This document shows positions 1 through 9,201 of a stretch of 64,000 bases of DNA, one piece after another. The notes below the pieces were generated by a model. The model was not told the DNA's origin. It made no database searches and saw only the letters and a program-made list of their open reading frames with translations. The translations under genes were made by a program, and so were the position numbers. Source of the stretch: Nitrosopumilus sp. (GTDB taxonomy: Archaea > Thermoproteota > Nitrososphaeria > Nitrososphaerales > Nitrosopumilaceae). Positions within the stretch are counted from its first letter, which is position 1, and every line of letters begins with the position of its first letter. Location: assembly GCA_963667665.2 (NCBI GenBank), contig OY763927.2:1536001-1600000 (forward strand), written 5' to 3'.

Positions 1-134
1 AAAAACAGACACCTTTCCAGGCAAGTGTTGGGATGACCCCAAATCCAGGAATTGCACTAATGGTTAATCTAAAAACTTTCCAAGTATTTCATCAAAATTA
101 TAATTTAGAGTTAGATAATATCCTTCAAAGTTAG
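1..134 (+). CDS. polB: DNA polymerase II (PolD) small subunit DP1, C-terminal fragment (gene starts before window)
   Basis: Frame 3 read by hand: KQTPFQASVGMTPNPGIALMVNLKTFQVF...*, resembling the DP1 C-terminal QTxFQ...PxPG motif; converges on cdc6 with a 24 bp overlap. Confidence 0.7.
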   Translation, partial: KQTPFQASVGMTPNPGIALMVNLKTFQVFHQNYNLELDNILQS

Positions 135-1313
135 ATCATCTTTGAAAGTCTTTTTTACCATTTCAGATGAGATTGTAAGTTTGTATTTTTTTGTCCTACC
201 ATGAATTCCTTGATGAATCAGTTTGCCAGTAATAATTCCAGATAATTCAATTTCACTTAACATTTGTGTAACTCTTCTTTGGGTTAGCTCATCCCGACCA
301 ACTGTCTTGCAGAGATTTTTGTATGATGAATAAATCTCTCCTGTGGAAGAGTCTTTTGCCTTCATAATTGCAAGAATGACCAGTTTTTCATGAAGCGGAT
401 ATGATTTCAGAGAAGTTTCTTCTTTGTTTTCTTCAATTTTTAGAGAGGCTTCTCTAACATGTTCAGCTGTAACTTTCTTTGATTGTTGCCTTTCTGCAAT
501 CTCTCCTGCTACACGAATTAGATCAATTGCCCTACGAGCATCACCGTGTTCTCCTCCTGCTAGTGCAGCACATAGATTTAGGGCTGAATCTTCAACAGTG
601 TTCTCAATAAAAGCCTCGTTAATTCTCTCTTCAAGAATTGTTTTAATTTGTTCAACATTATAATTAGTAAAGACAATCTCTTCCTCACCCAGACTACTAA
701 TTACTCTAGGATCTAGTTTTTCTTTGAATGTAAGGTCGTTGGAAATTCCAACCAAAGTTAGGGAGCCTTGTTTTAGTCGCTCATTTGCTCTTGTTAATTG
801 GTATAAGATGTCCTTACCTGTTTTTGAGACTAGTTGGGCTAGATAGTCAATCTCATCAATTACAAAAATTGCGTTAAGTTTTCCTTCATCAATTTTATTG
901 AGAATTCTTTTGAAGACCTCACTTATTGCAAGACCAGTTATGGGTAATTCCTTCTCATTTAGATTTAATTGTCTGCCTAGGCTGACTAATAATCCGTATA
1001 GTGTAGTCTCTTCTTTAGAGTTTGAATAAACGAGTTTAATTGGAAAATTTGATTTTTCTACTCTCTCTTGTATTTTAGAAATTACTTTTTTTACAACTAA
1101 TGTTTTACCAATTCCAGGTTTTCCATATACCAAAAGATTTGATGGTCTAGATTGTTTTAGTATTGGTAATAGTGATTGGGTAACTTGTTCTTGTTCAGTA
1201 TTTCTATGTTGGATGGTATTTGGTATGTATGATGTTTGAAGAATATCTCTGTTTTTTATTATAGACTTGCCTGATTCTGCTGCATCAAGTAATCTATCTA
1301 TTGGATCTGACAT
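111..1313 (-). CDS. cdc6: Orc1/Cdc6 replication initiator
   Basis: Walker A GKPGIGKT, Walker B FVIDEID, sensor GDARRAIDL, C-terminal wHTH; ATG at 1313 preferred, GTG at 1319 possible. Confidence 0.97.
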   Translation of the reverse strand: MSDPIDRLLDAAESGKSIIKNRDILQTSYIPNTIQHRNTEQEQVTQSLLPILKQSRPSNLLVYGKPGIGKTLVVKKVISKIQERVEKSNFPIKLVYSNSKEETTLYGLLVSLGRQLNLNEKELPITGLAISEVFKRILNKIDEGKLNAIFVIDEIDYLAQLVSKTGKDILYQLTRANERLKQGSLTLVGISNDLTFKEKLDPRVISSLGEEEIVFTNYNVEQIKTILEERINEAFIENTVEDSALNLCAALAGGEHGDARRAIDLIRVAGEIAERQQSKKVTAEHVREASLKIEENKEETSLKSYPLHEKLVILAIMKAKDSSTGEIYSSYKNLCKTVGRDELTQRRVTQMLSEIELSGIITGKLIHQGIHGRTKKYKLTISSEMVKKTFKDDLTLKDII

Positions 1314-1650
1314 ACTCACACACCTTTGTTTCCTATCAATAATATCATAACCATATTTGAATTAAGAGGGTATAGAAGAGAATAGTAACTCTAGTTTAGT
1401 TTGTAATTAATTATTTTTAGTTAGATTTTGATTTTCTTAAAAAAAAAATTATAAAAAATATAGAGTGGAAAGATTGGTGTGTGAGTTGAATCTAATTTTT
1501 ACTGTAAAGTTAACAGTTTGTTAATTTACTGTTATGAAATTATACAAAAAGCCTGTTTTGACCCTTTAATTTCCACTCCAGGCGTTAAGATTGATGTTAA
1601 CACTGTGAATAAACATGAAATTACCCCTTTAATTTCCACTCCAGGCATGA
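1314..1650. promoter_or_regulatory. Probable replication origin (oriC) with ORB elements and AT-rich DNA-unwinding element
   Basis: Exact 22-bp direct repeat CCCTTTAATTTCCACTCCAGGC at 1562-1583 and 1625-1646, whose reverse strand reads GGAGTGGAAATTAAAGGG (ORB-like with G-string). Inverted ORB-like pair at 1315-1337 and 1463-1485 flanks an AT-rich tract. Adjacent to cdc6. Confidence 0.85.
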
Positions 1651-1805
1651 ATATTTCCTAATTAGAGGGGATTTTACATGGGAGTGTGTTAATAACAAAA
1701 ATATGGTTAGGCGTGACCTACGCAGTCAATGTTAACAAACAAACTAGTTAACAAACATTCTTGGATCAATTGAATTGTTAACATTTGATCCTTTAGATCT
1801 CAAAG

Positions 1806-2192
1806 ATGGCTAAAAAACGTATTCGAATAGACATGAAGGACTCAGATGGTGCACGATTTGACATCAAAATAGAAGGTAATGTTACCAGAGAAAAGGTTCT
1901 CAAAATATTTGAAATGATGGACTTGATGAATATTGAAGAAGAACAAGAAATAATAAATATGGATTCAGTAGGCTCAAAAATTTGGCATATTGTGGATAAA
2001 TTCTTCCCAATAGGTAAATTTACCTCCACGACCATTCTTGAAAAATACGAAGATGAATTCAACGAACCAGTAAAACTTAGTATAATATCGACCTATTTGT
2101 CACGTTTTTCATCAAAAGGTAAGATTGATAGAGTTAGAACAGGTCGTGAATGGACCTATCAAGCCATTAAGATAGGCCAAAAACAACGATAA
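1806..2192 (+). CDS. Hypothetical protein with C-terminal winged-helix domain
   Basis: 128 aa; C-terminus FTSTTILEKYE...LSIISTYLSRFSSKGKIDRVRTGREWTY fits a wHTH with beta-wing. Confidence 0.75.
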   Translation: MAKKRIRIDMKDSDGARFDIKIEGNVTREKVLKIFEMMDLMNIEEEQEIINMDSVGSKIWHIVDKFFPIGKFTSTTILEKYEDEFNEPVKLSIISTYLSRFSSKGKIDRVRTGREWTYQAIKIGQKQR

Positions 2193-2196
2193 CTAA

Positions 2197-2358
2197 TCAA
2201 GAAATGGTTATTTTTCTGACAATTAACCGATCTTTTTCAAGAATCAACTTAACATATTCACCTTTTTGAACATCCATGTATTTCCTAAATTGTTTAGGAA
2301 TAGAAATTGTCCCGGCTGAGGTAATTTTTACCAAAACTTCATTCTCTTGAACAGACAT
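2197..2358 (-). CDS. AbrB/MazE/SpoVT-family DNA-binding microprotein (53 aa, not in ORF track)
   Basis: Hand translation MSVQENEVLVKITSAGTISIPKQFRKYMDVQKGEYVKLILEKDRLIVRKITIS*; swapped-hairpin pattern KI-x3-G-x-I-x-IPK-x2-R...I/V-x2-G. Confidence 0.85.
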   Translation of the reverse strand: MSVQENEVLVKITSAGTISIPKQFRKYMDVQKGEYVKLILEKDRLIVRKITIS

Positions 2359-2474
2359 ATTATAATTATAATCTTATAATATATATAATTTATAATTAAT
2401 AATGAATTGTCGTGTTTTCTTAAAAATTTGAATGAAAGAACAAAAATCTATTCTAGTAAAGGGAAAAGAATCTC

Positions 2475-3077
2475 TTATGCAATTATGGGACTAGATTGAA
2501 CATCATCAACCTTTGCTTTTCCCTTTTCAGTTATTGAATAAGTGTATGGTTTAGTTTCTATATTTCTTTGAACATAACCATCATCAAATAATTTCTTCAT
2601 TAATCTTGAAGTATGTTCTCTACTTTTCTTTAATGTGATTTGTATGTCACGTGATGTCACAGTTTTGTTTGTGATTAAATGCAACACATAATCTGTTGGG
2701 TTTGTGTATTCTATACTAGGAATGCTAGGGGTTGAAACTGGTTTTTCAGACATTACTTTTGGTTTACTAACTTCCTCAACTTCATTCTCTTTGATTTTGT
2801 TATTTACTAATTTTCCTAAGAGTTGTTTTAATTCAAAGTTAGAATCATCTGTTTTAGGCTCAATTCCTTGAATTTCTAAAGCATCTAGGCGTATTTTCAT
2901 GTCAATTAACTGCCTTTCATAGAATTCTAAACGCTCAGATTGTGGAACATCAGTCATTTCACTCTTTGATTTAATGAATGGAAGTACTTTGTAGAATACG
3001 TACAACCCACCTAAACCAACCACAAATGCTAAAATCACACTCAAAATCACCTCAGGATCAGGAATTTCTATTAACAT
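2475..3077 (-). CDS. Membrane-anchored coiled-coil protein with C-terminal winged-helix (MarR-like) domain
   Basis: Likely start ATG 3077 (MLIEIPDPEV); hydrophobic VILSVILAFVVGLGGLYVFY; heptad RLEFYERQLIDMKIRLDALE; wHTH TSRDIQITLKKSREHTSRLMKKLFDDGYVQR...YTYSITEKGK. Confidence 0.8.
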   Translation of the reverse strand: MLIEIPDPEVILSVILAFVVGLGGLYVFYKVLPFIKSKSEMTDVPQSERLEFYERQLIDMKIRLDALEIQGIEPKTDDSNFELKQLLGKLVNNKIKENEVEEVSKPKVMSEKPVSTPSIPSIEYTNPTDYVLHLITNKTVTSRDIQITLKKSREHTSRLMKKLFDDGYVQRNIETKPYTYSITEKGKAKVDDVQSSPIIA

Positions 3078-3203
3078 CACAAATTTACGCCTATGTTGTG
3101 ATTTATCGTGATTGAACAACATTATTTTACACTTTAGATTAACATACTGACACATACAATCACAAACACATCAACTACTTTTTCATATTCGTCACCACAA
3201 ACA

Positions 3204-3566
3204 TCACATATTACATGCCTTTCGAATAGTCATATCTATCACCCTAGTGATTTGTTCTTCTCTTTCTGGAAATATATCACCATCATTCATCACACGAATG
3301 TTCTCTGAAAGTTTTGATATCACATCAATATCATCAGGTAAGAGTATGCCTAGACCACGAAAAAGTATGATTGAATAGAATAATGCAATTAATTTCTCTC
3401 TTGACTGCCCAACTTGCCTGTAATATGCTCCTCTTGATATAGAAAATTTAGATTCTAGAAGATCCTTCTGATTTAAAATAATTTCAATTTGTCGCTCTGT
3501 AAATAGTGATTTTTTGATGATTTGACGAATAATATTGTTAAAATTAGATTCTTCAGACTCTGCCAT
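3204..3566 (-). CDS. Hypothetical protein, possible HTH DNA-binding protein
   Basis: 120 aa; FTERQIEII...ISRGAYYRQVGQSREKL resembles a sigma4/LuxR-like HTH. Confidence 0.65.
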   Translation of the reverse strand: MAESEESNFNNIIRQIIKKSLFTERQIEIILNQKDLLESKFSISRGAYYRQVGQSREKLIALFYSIILFRGLGILLPDDIDVISKLSENIRVMNDGDIFPEREEQITRVIDMTIRKACNM

Positions 3567-3631
3567 AGCTATACAAATCTGTATACTGACATTCCAATTA
3601 AACTTTAAAGAGTCATCTACAAACCTCCACT

Positions 3632-4384
3632 ATGACTGGAAATAAAGTTGAATCGTTCCTAAAATCGGAATTAAAAAAGAAAAATGCGTTATTGTTTGTA
3701 TTAATTGATTCTGAGGTATCACAATTAAAAACATCAAGTAAGCTTGCAAAAGATGTTGAAAAGATAGGGGCTTCTGCAATCCTAGTTGGAGGTTCCTCAG
3801 CCACAGATCAGATTGAGATGGCTCAAGTGGTTAAAGGCATCAAAAAAGGTGTTAAAATTCCAATTATCTTATTTCCTGGAAATGTTACTGGTGTTGTGCC
3901 TGATGCTGATGCAATCTTATTTAGCTCTCTAATGAACTCAGAGAATCCATACTTTATCACACAAGCACAAGCATTAGGTGCTCCAAGTGTTCTCAAATTT
4001 GGTTTAGAGCCACTTCCTACTGCTTATTTGGTGATAGGAGATGGAACCTCTGCTTGGTTTGTAGGTTCAGCACGAGGAATTCCATTTGAAAAACCAAAAA
4101 TTGCAGCTGCATATGCCCTTGCTGCTCAATTCCTTGGTATGAGATTTGTATATTTAGAAGCAGGTTCTGGTGCAAAAACCAGTGTTACACCAGAGATGGT
4201 TAAGACAGTAAGGCGTGCTTTTAATGGTTTCTTGATAGTAGGAGGAGGAATTAAAGATGTTAAAACTGCCCAGAGTTTGGTCAAAGCAGGAGCCAACGCT
4301 TTGGTTATTGGGACATTCCTTGAAAAAGGAGGAAGCATCAAAAAACTCCAAGAAATAGCAAAAGTAATTCAAAGAAGCAAGTAG
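3632..4384 (+). CDS. Geranylgeranylglyceryl phosphate synthase
   Basis: LVGGSS, PIILFPGN, YLEAGSGA, VGGGI motifs of GGGPS/PcrB. Confidence 0.95.
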   Translation: MTGNKVESFLKSELKKKNALLFVLIDSEVSQLKTSSKLAKDVEKIGASAILVGGSSATDQIEMAQVVKGIKKGVKIPIILFPGNVTGVVPDADAILFSSLMNSENPYFITQAQALGAPSVLKFGLEPLPTAYLVIGDGTSAWFVGSARGIPFEKPKIAAAYALAAQFLGMRFVYLEAGSGAKTSVTPEMVKTVRRAFNGFLIVGGGIKDVKTAQSLVKAGANALVIGTFLEKGGSIKKLQEIAKVIQRSK

Positions 4385-4396
4385 TAGAATTGTATT

Positions 4397-7300
4397 ATGT
4401 CAGATAATGATGCAATTTCTCGTATTAGTGATATTGAGATGCCAGATTATTATCGTGATTATTACTCAAATCTCACAACTGAAACAGTTTCCATATTTGA
4501 GAAAGCAGCAGTTGCAAAATCAAGTTTGGTAGACTCTTCAGGAATAATCGAGCCTAAAATTGCATTTGATTTGGCAGATCGAGTTTCTAAAATGCACGAA
4601 ATTGATATTGCTGAACCACTTAGAGAACTACTAAAAATAAATGGAAAGGAGCTTTCTGCACTTATTTTATCAAAGGAAATTGCTCTTGGTAAATACTCTC
4701 TTTCTGATGCCACCTTAGAAGACAAACTAGATCTTGCAGTTCGTGTAGGGTTGGCAATTGTTACAGAAGGAGTTACCATAGCTCCTTTACAAGGAATTAG
4801 TGAAGTAAAGATAAAGAAAAACAAAGATGGTACGGAATATCTTTCAGTTTCTATTGCAGGACCTATGCGTTCAGCAGGTGGAACAGAATCTGCTGTAACA
4901 ATACTGATTGCAGATCATGTTAGAAAGGCAGTTGGGTTAACAAAATACCAAGCAAATTCTTTTGATGATGAAACTGGTAGATTTGTAGAGGAATTAAGAA
5001 TTTATGAAAGAGAGGCCAGTAGTTTTCAATTTCATATATTAGATGAAGATATTGAACATGTCATTTCTCACCTTCCAGTTGAATTAGATGGAGTAGATAC
5101 GGATCCATTTGAGGTTGTAAATCACAAATCTATGGCTCGCATCAAAACTGATAGGGTTAGAGGAGGTGCTTTACGAGTCTTAAATGATGGATTGATTGGA
5201 AGATCTAAAAAACTTCTCAAAAGGATTGAACTGTACAATCTAGATGGCTGGGAATGGCTCAATGATCTTAAAGGCGTAGTTCAAACAGGTGAAAATCAGG
5301 AAGACGCAGCTGCTAAAAGAATGCGTGAAGTAATTACAGGAAGATCAGTCTTATCCATGCCTAAAAAGTTAGGTGGGTTTCGATTAAGATATGGAAGAGC
5401 ATGTAATACTGGTTTTGCAGCAGTAGGCATTCATCCTGTATTAGGCGAAATTTTAGATCATACCATAGTTGTAGGAACACAAGTAAAAATTGATGTTCCA
5501 GGAAAAGGAGCAACTGTTGCTTTTGTTGATTCTATTGATACTCCAATAGTTCGTCTAAAAAATGGAAGTGTGGTTAAGATTAGAGACATTAAACATGGAT
5601 TAGAAATTAAAAACGAAATTGAAAAGATCCTACATTTAGGAGATATTCTAATTTCATTTGGAGACTTTCTTGAAAACAATGCTCAACTTATTCCTTCAGG
5701 ATATGTTGAGGAATTTTGGATAGAAGAACTAAAACAAAAAATCCAAAAATATGAGCCTGATGATCAATTCATTAAACAATTTCTGACTAGAATACCCTCA
5801 ATAGATGAAGCCCTGAAAATTTCCCTTGACTTTCAAATTCCACTTCACCCACATTATCTATATTTCTGGGATAAAATATCATCAAAAGAATTTGCCCAAC
5901 TTTTAGAACCAAAAAAAGTTACTGAAACATCAATTGAATACTTTATACAAACCAAAAAAATTCTTGAAAAATTGGGAGTTCCTCATAAAGTTGAAAATGA
6001 AACTATAATCTTAGAAAATCTAGAGGCAAAAATTTTCTACAATCTATTGTTTAGAGAAAAACCAACAATTAGTGATTTATCAATTCCAAAAATTCTATCA
6101 AAATCATCAGGAATTCAAATTAAAAATAAATTCTCAACATCAATTGGAGTTCGAATTGGAAGACCTGAAAAAGCAGCTGCTAGACAAATGAAACCTCCAA
6201 CTCATGTCTTATTTCCAGTTAGTGATAAAGGAGGACCCACTAGAGATCTTCTAAAAGCATCAAGAAATGAACATTTCTTTACTAACATATTCAATAGATT
6301 TTGTAACGAATGTGATGAACCATCTATAGGCATAAAATGCTCTAAATGTGGCACTAAAACAACAATCATCTACAAATGTCCTAACTGTAGAGATACTCTC
6401 AAAGAACCATATTGTGAAAAATGTAAACGTAAAGCACAAACTCATTCCCACAAAGAATTTCCACTAAAAACAAAATTACTATCCGCTCAGGAAAAGATGG
6501 GATTACGTGTTAAAGAACCATTCAAAGGCGTCAAAGAGCTAATTAACCAAGATAGAATTGCTGAACCTCTAGAAAAAGGAATAGTACGTCAAAACTTTGG
6601 ACTTACAGTCTTCAAAGATGGGACTGTTAGATTTGATGCAACAAATTCTCCCTTAACTCAATTCAAACCATCATGGATTGGAACATCAATTCAGAAACTA
6701 AAGGAGCTTGGATATTCTCATGACATAGATGGAAAACCAATTACAGACTTGGATCAGATAATTGAACTTCGTATGCAGGATGTGATAATTCCTTATGAAA
6801 GCGGAAACTATCTAGTTTCTACCTGTAAATACATTGATACTCTTTTAGTGAAATTCTATGGAAAATCTAAATTTTACAAAGTAAAGAATACTGAAGAGCT
6901 TATCGGTCATTTAGTAATTGGGCTAGCTCCACATACTTCTGTTGGAATCGTAGGACGAATCATTGGATATACAGAAACCCATGTTTGTTTTGGAACTCCA
7001 AACTGGCACTCTGCAAAAAGAAGAGATGCTGATGGTGATGCTGATTCTATAATGCTTCTAATGGATAGTTTACTTAATTTCTCAAGACAGTTTCTTTCTG
7101 ATAGAATAGGTGGGCTAATGGATGCACCATTACTTATTCAACCACTTGTTTTACCTCATGAATCTCAACCTCAAGCACACAATCTTGAAGTTACAAAGTC
7201 ACTTCCTTTAGAATTCTTCGAGTCTACACTTGAACAGATCAAAGCATCAGACGTGTCATCTGTAGAAATTATAAAATCACGTCTAGAAACTGAAAGACAG

Positions 7301-7774
7301 TTTTATGATTATTTCTTTACACATTCAACTTCATCTCTAACCACTTCAAAATCTCGTAGTGCCTATTCTACACTTGGTTCAATGCTTGACAAATTTGATA
7401 TGCAAATTAGAAATGCAGAATTAATTGATGTGGTAAATCCTTCCGAAATTGTTTCAAATGTAATTTCAACACACCTAGTTCCAGATATAATGGGAAATCT
7501 TAGAGCGTATGCAAGACAAAACTTTAGGTGCACAGGCTGTGGAAAATCATTTCGTCGAATGCCTCTAATTCAAACATGTGTCTGTGGTCATAAACTAATT
7601 GCTACAATTACAAGAGGCTCTGTTGAAAAATATCTAAAACTTGCTAAAAGACTTGTTGAGAAATATGATGTTGGTGAATATCAAAAAGGAAGAATTCATG
7701 CTCTATCAGATGAAATTGAATTAGTATTTGGTAAGAGTAAAGGTGACCAATCACTTCTTACTGATTACGCCTAG
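4397..7774 (+). CDS. polC: DNA polymerase II (PolD) large subunit DP2
   Basis: 1125 aa; GPMRSAGGT, GFRLRYGR, catalytic KRRDADGDAD, Cys clusters; no intein. Confidence 0.98.
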   Translation: MSDNDAISRISDIEMPDYYRDYYSNLTTETVSIFEKAAVAKSSLVDSSGIIEPKIAFDLADRVSKMHEIDIAEPLRELLKINGKELSALILSKEIALGKYSLSDATLEDKLDLAVRVGLAIVTEGVTIAPLQGISEVKIKKNKDGTEYLSVSIAGPMRSAGGTESAVTILIADHVRKAVGLTKYQANSFDDETGRFVEELRIYEREASSFQFHILDEDIEHVISHLPVELDGVDTDPFEVVNHKSMARIKTDRVRGGALRVLNDGLIGRSKKLLKRIELYNLDGWEWLNDLKGVVQTGENQEDAAAKRMREVITGRSVLSMPKKLGGFRLRYGRACNTGFAAVGIHPVLGEILDHTIVVGTQVKIDVPGKGATVAFVDSIDTPIVRLKNGSVVKIRDIKHGLEIKNEIEKILHLGDILISFGDFLENNAQLIPSGYVEEFWIEELKQKIQKYEPDDQFIKQFLTRIPSIDEALKISLDFQIPLHPHYLYFWDKISSKEFAQLLEPKKVTETSIEYFIQTKKILEKLGVPHKVENETIILENLEAKIFYNLLFREKPTISDLSIPKILSKSSGIQIKNKFSTSIGVRIGRPEKAAARQMKPPTHVLFPVSDKGGPTRDLLKASRNEHFFTNIFNRFCNECDEPSIGIKCSKCGTKTTIIYKCPNCRDTLKEPYCEKCKRKAQTHSHKEFPLKTKLLSAQEKMGLRVKEPFKGVKELINQDRIAEPLEKGIVRQNFGLTVFKDGTVRFDATNSPLTQFKPSWIGTSIQKLKELGYSHDIDGKPITDLDQIIELRMQDVIIPYESGNYLVSTCKYIDTLLVKFYGKSKFYKVKNTEELIGHLVIGLAPHTSVGIVGRIIGYTETHVCFGTPNWHSAKRRDADGDADSIMLLMDSLLNFSRQFLSDRIGGLMDAPLLIQPLVLPHESQPQAHNLEVTKSLPLEFFESTLEQIKASDVSSVEIIKSRLETERQFYDYFFTHSTSSLTTSKSRSAYSTLGSMLDKFDMQIRNAELIDVVNPSEIVSNVISTHLVPDIMGNLRAYARQNFRCTGCGKSFRRMPLIQTCVCGHKLIATITRGSVEKYLKLAKRLVEKYDVGEYQKGRIHALSDEIELVFGKSKGDQSLLTDYA

Positions 7775-7775
7775 A

Positions 7776-9098
7776 TTATCTCAATTTGACGTATTCGTAA
7801 GCACCTAATTTATTATCAAAACAGAATTTGACTTTTTGATAATTTTTTCTCAATGCTTTAACTTTTGGAAGTAACTTCTTTGGGTCCTTTTTCTCAATCA
7901 CTACTTGTTTAATCAAAGATGCAATTTCCTGCATCTCATTCTTTTTCATTCCAAGTCGTGTAATTTCAGAAACTCCTAATCTAATTCCACTAGGATGAAA
8001 ATAATTTCTTCCTGCCTTAATATCTCCTGGAATAAGTTGTCTGTTAACAATGATGTTAGCTTTTTCTAAATCAGCTTCTACTTTTCCACCATCAAAATAA
8101 TCTAAAACATTGACTGCAATTTGATGTGATTCTGTAAATCCTCTATTTTCTCCTAATACCTTGAATCCCATATCACTCAAAGCCTCTGCAAATAACTTCG
8201 CATTTTTAATTACTTGAGTTGCATAATCTTTTCCAAACTCTAAGGCTTCTGCAAAGGCAATTGCTTTTCCAGCCATATGATGAATGTGATGACTACTTGT
8301 AAGACCTGGAAACGTTGCTTTTTTGATAACCTCTTCATGCTCTTCAGATCCTAAAACTAGTCCTCCTTGAGGTCCAAACAAAGTTTTATGCGTACTCATA
8401 GTCATAGTATCTGCACCTTCTCGTAAGGGGTCTTGGAATTTTCCACCAGCAATTAATCCAGCAACATGAGCTGCATCATAATTAATGTGCATATCATAAC
8501 TCTTTAGAAAATCTGATAATTCTTTGACAGGATGTGGAAACAAGAATAATGAACCACCAAACATTGCCATCTTTGGAAGACGACCATCTTTTTTTAGGGC
8601 CTTTACTTTCTGTTTTGTCTTATCAACATCAATTGTCATTTCTTCAGCATTAAATGGATAGAACTCTATCTCTAATCCATGAACTAAACCGGCAGTTCCA
8701 AAATGCTCCTTTTTACCATGTGAAATATGTCCACCTGCAGGAATAGAAGGTGCCAGCATTACATCACCTGGATTAGTAAAAGAAGAATACACTACAAGAT
8801 TTGCAACAACTCCTGAAATTGGTCTTACATCAACAAATTTTGCTTTGTATAATTTTTTTGCCAATTTCATACATTCAAACTCTACATCATCAATGTAGAT
8901 ACAACCAGCATACACCCTTTCTCCAGGCCATCCTTCAGCATATCTATTACCAAAATCTGAAATTATTGCTTCTCGAACAGCAGGACTTGGAATATTTTCA
9001 CTTGCAATCAATGGAATTGAATTTTCAAACCATTTGTGATGTTCTTTTAATTTAGCGAAAATTTTATCGTAAGATTCTTTATTTTGTGACTTTACCAT
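7776..9098 (-). CDS. glyA: Serine hydroxymethyltransferase
   Basis: LIASEN, YAEGWPGERVYAG, STHKTLFGPQGG (PLP Lys). Confidence 0.97.
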   Translation of the reverse strand: MVKSQNKESYDKIFAKLKEHHKWFENSIPLIASENIPSPAVREAIISDFGNRYAEGWPGERVYAGCIYIDDVEFECMKLAKKLYKAKFVDVRPISGVVANLVVYSSFTNPGDVMLAPSIPAGGHISHGKKEHFGTAGLVHGLEIEFYPFNAEEMTIDVDKTKQKVKALKKDGRLPKMAMFGGSLFLFPHPVKELSDFLKSYDMHINYDAAHVAGLIAGGKFQDPLREGADTMTMSTHKTLFGPQGGLVLGSEEHEEVIKKATFPGLTSSHHIHHMAGKAIAFAEALEFGKDYATQVIKNAKLFAEALSDMGFKVLGENRGFTESHQIAVNVLDYFDGGKVEADLEKANIIVNRQLIPGDIKAGRNYFHPSGIRLGVSEITRLGMKKNEMQEIASLIKQVVIEKKDPKKLLPKVKALRKNYQKVKFCFDNKLGAYEYVKLR

Positions 9099-9201
9099 AT
9101 TTTGAAATTTGATTTTCCCAATTTAAAAACACCGATACTGCCTCAGATTTACACGATCTGATCTGCAAGGTATAAAAGGGGAATCTAGAGTTTCAGCATC
9201 T

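Noticed and set aside
2197-2358. Toxin-antitoxin module
   Set aside because: The AbrB-like gene has no adjacent PIN, MazF or other toxin ORF
4397-7774. Intein in DP2
   Set aside because: Length is normal and I saw no intein or LAGLIDADG motifs
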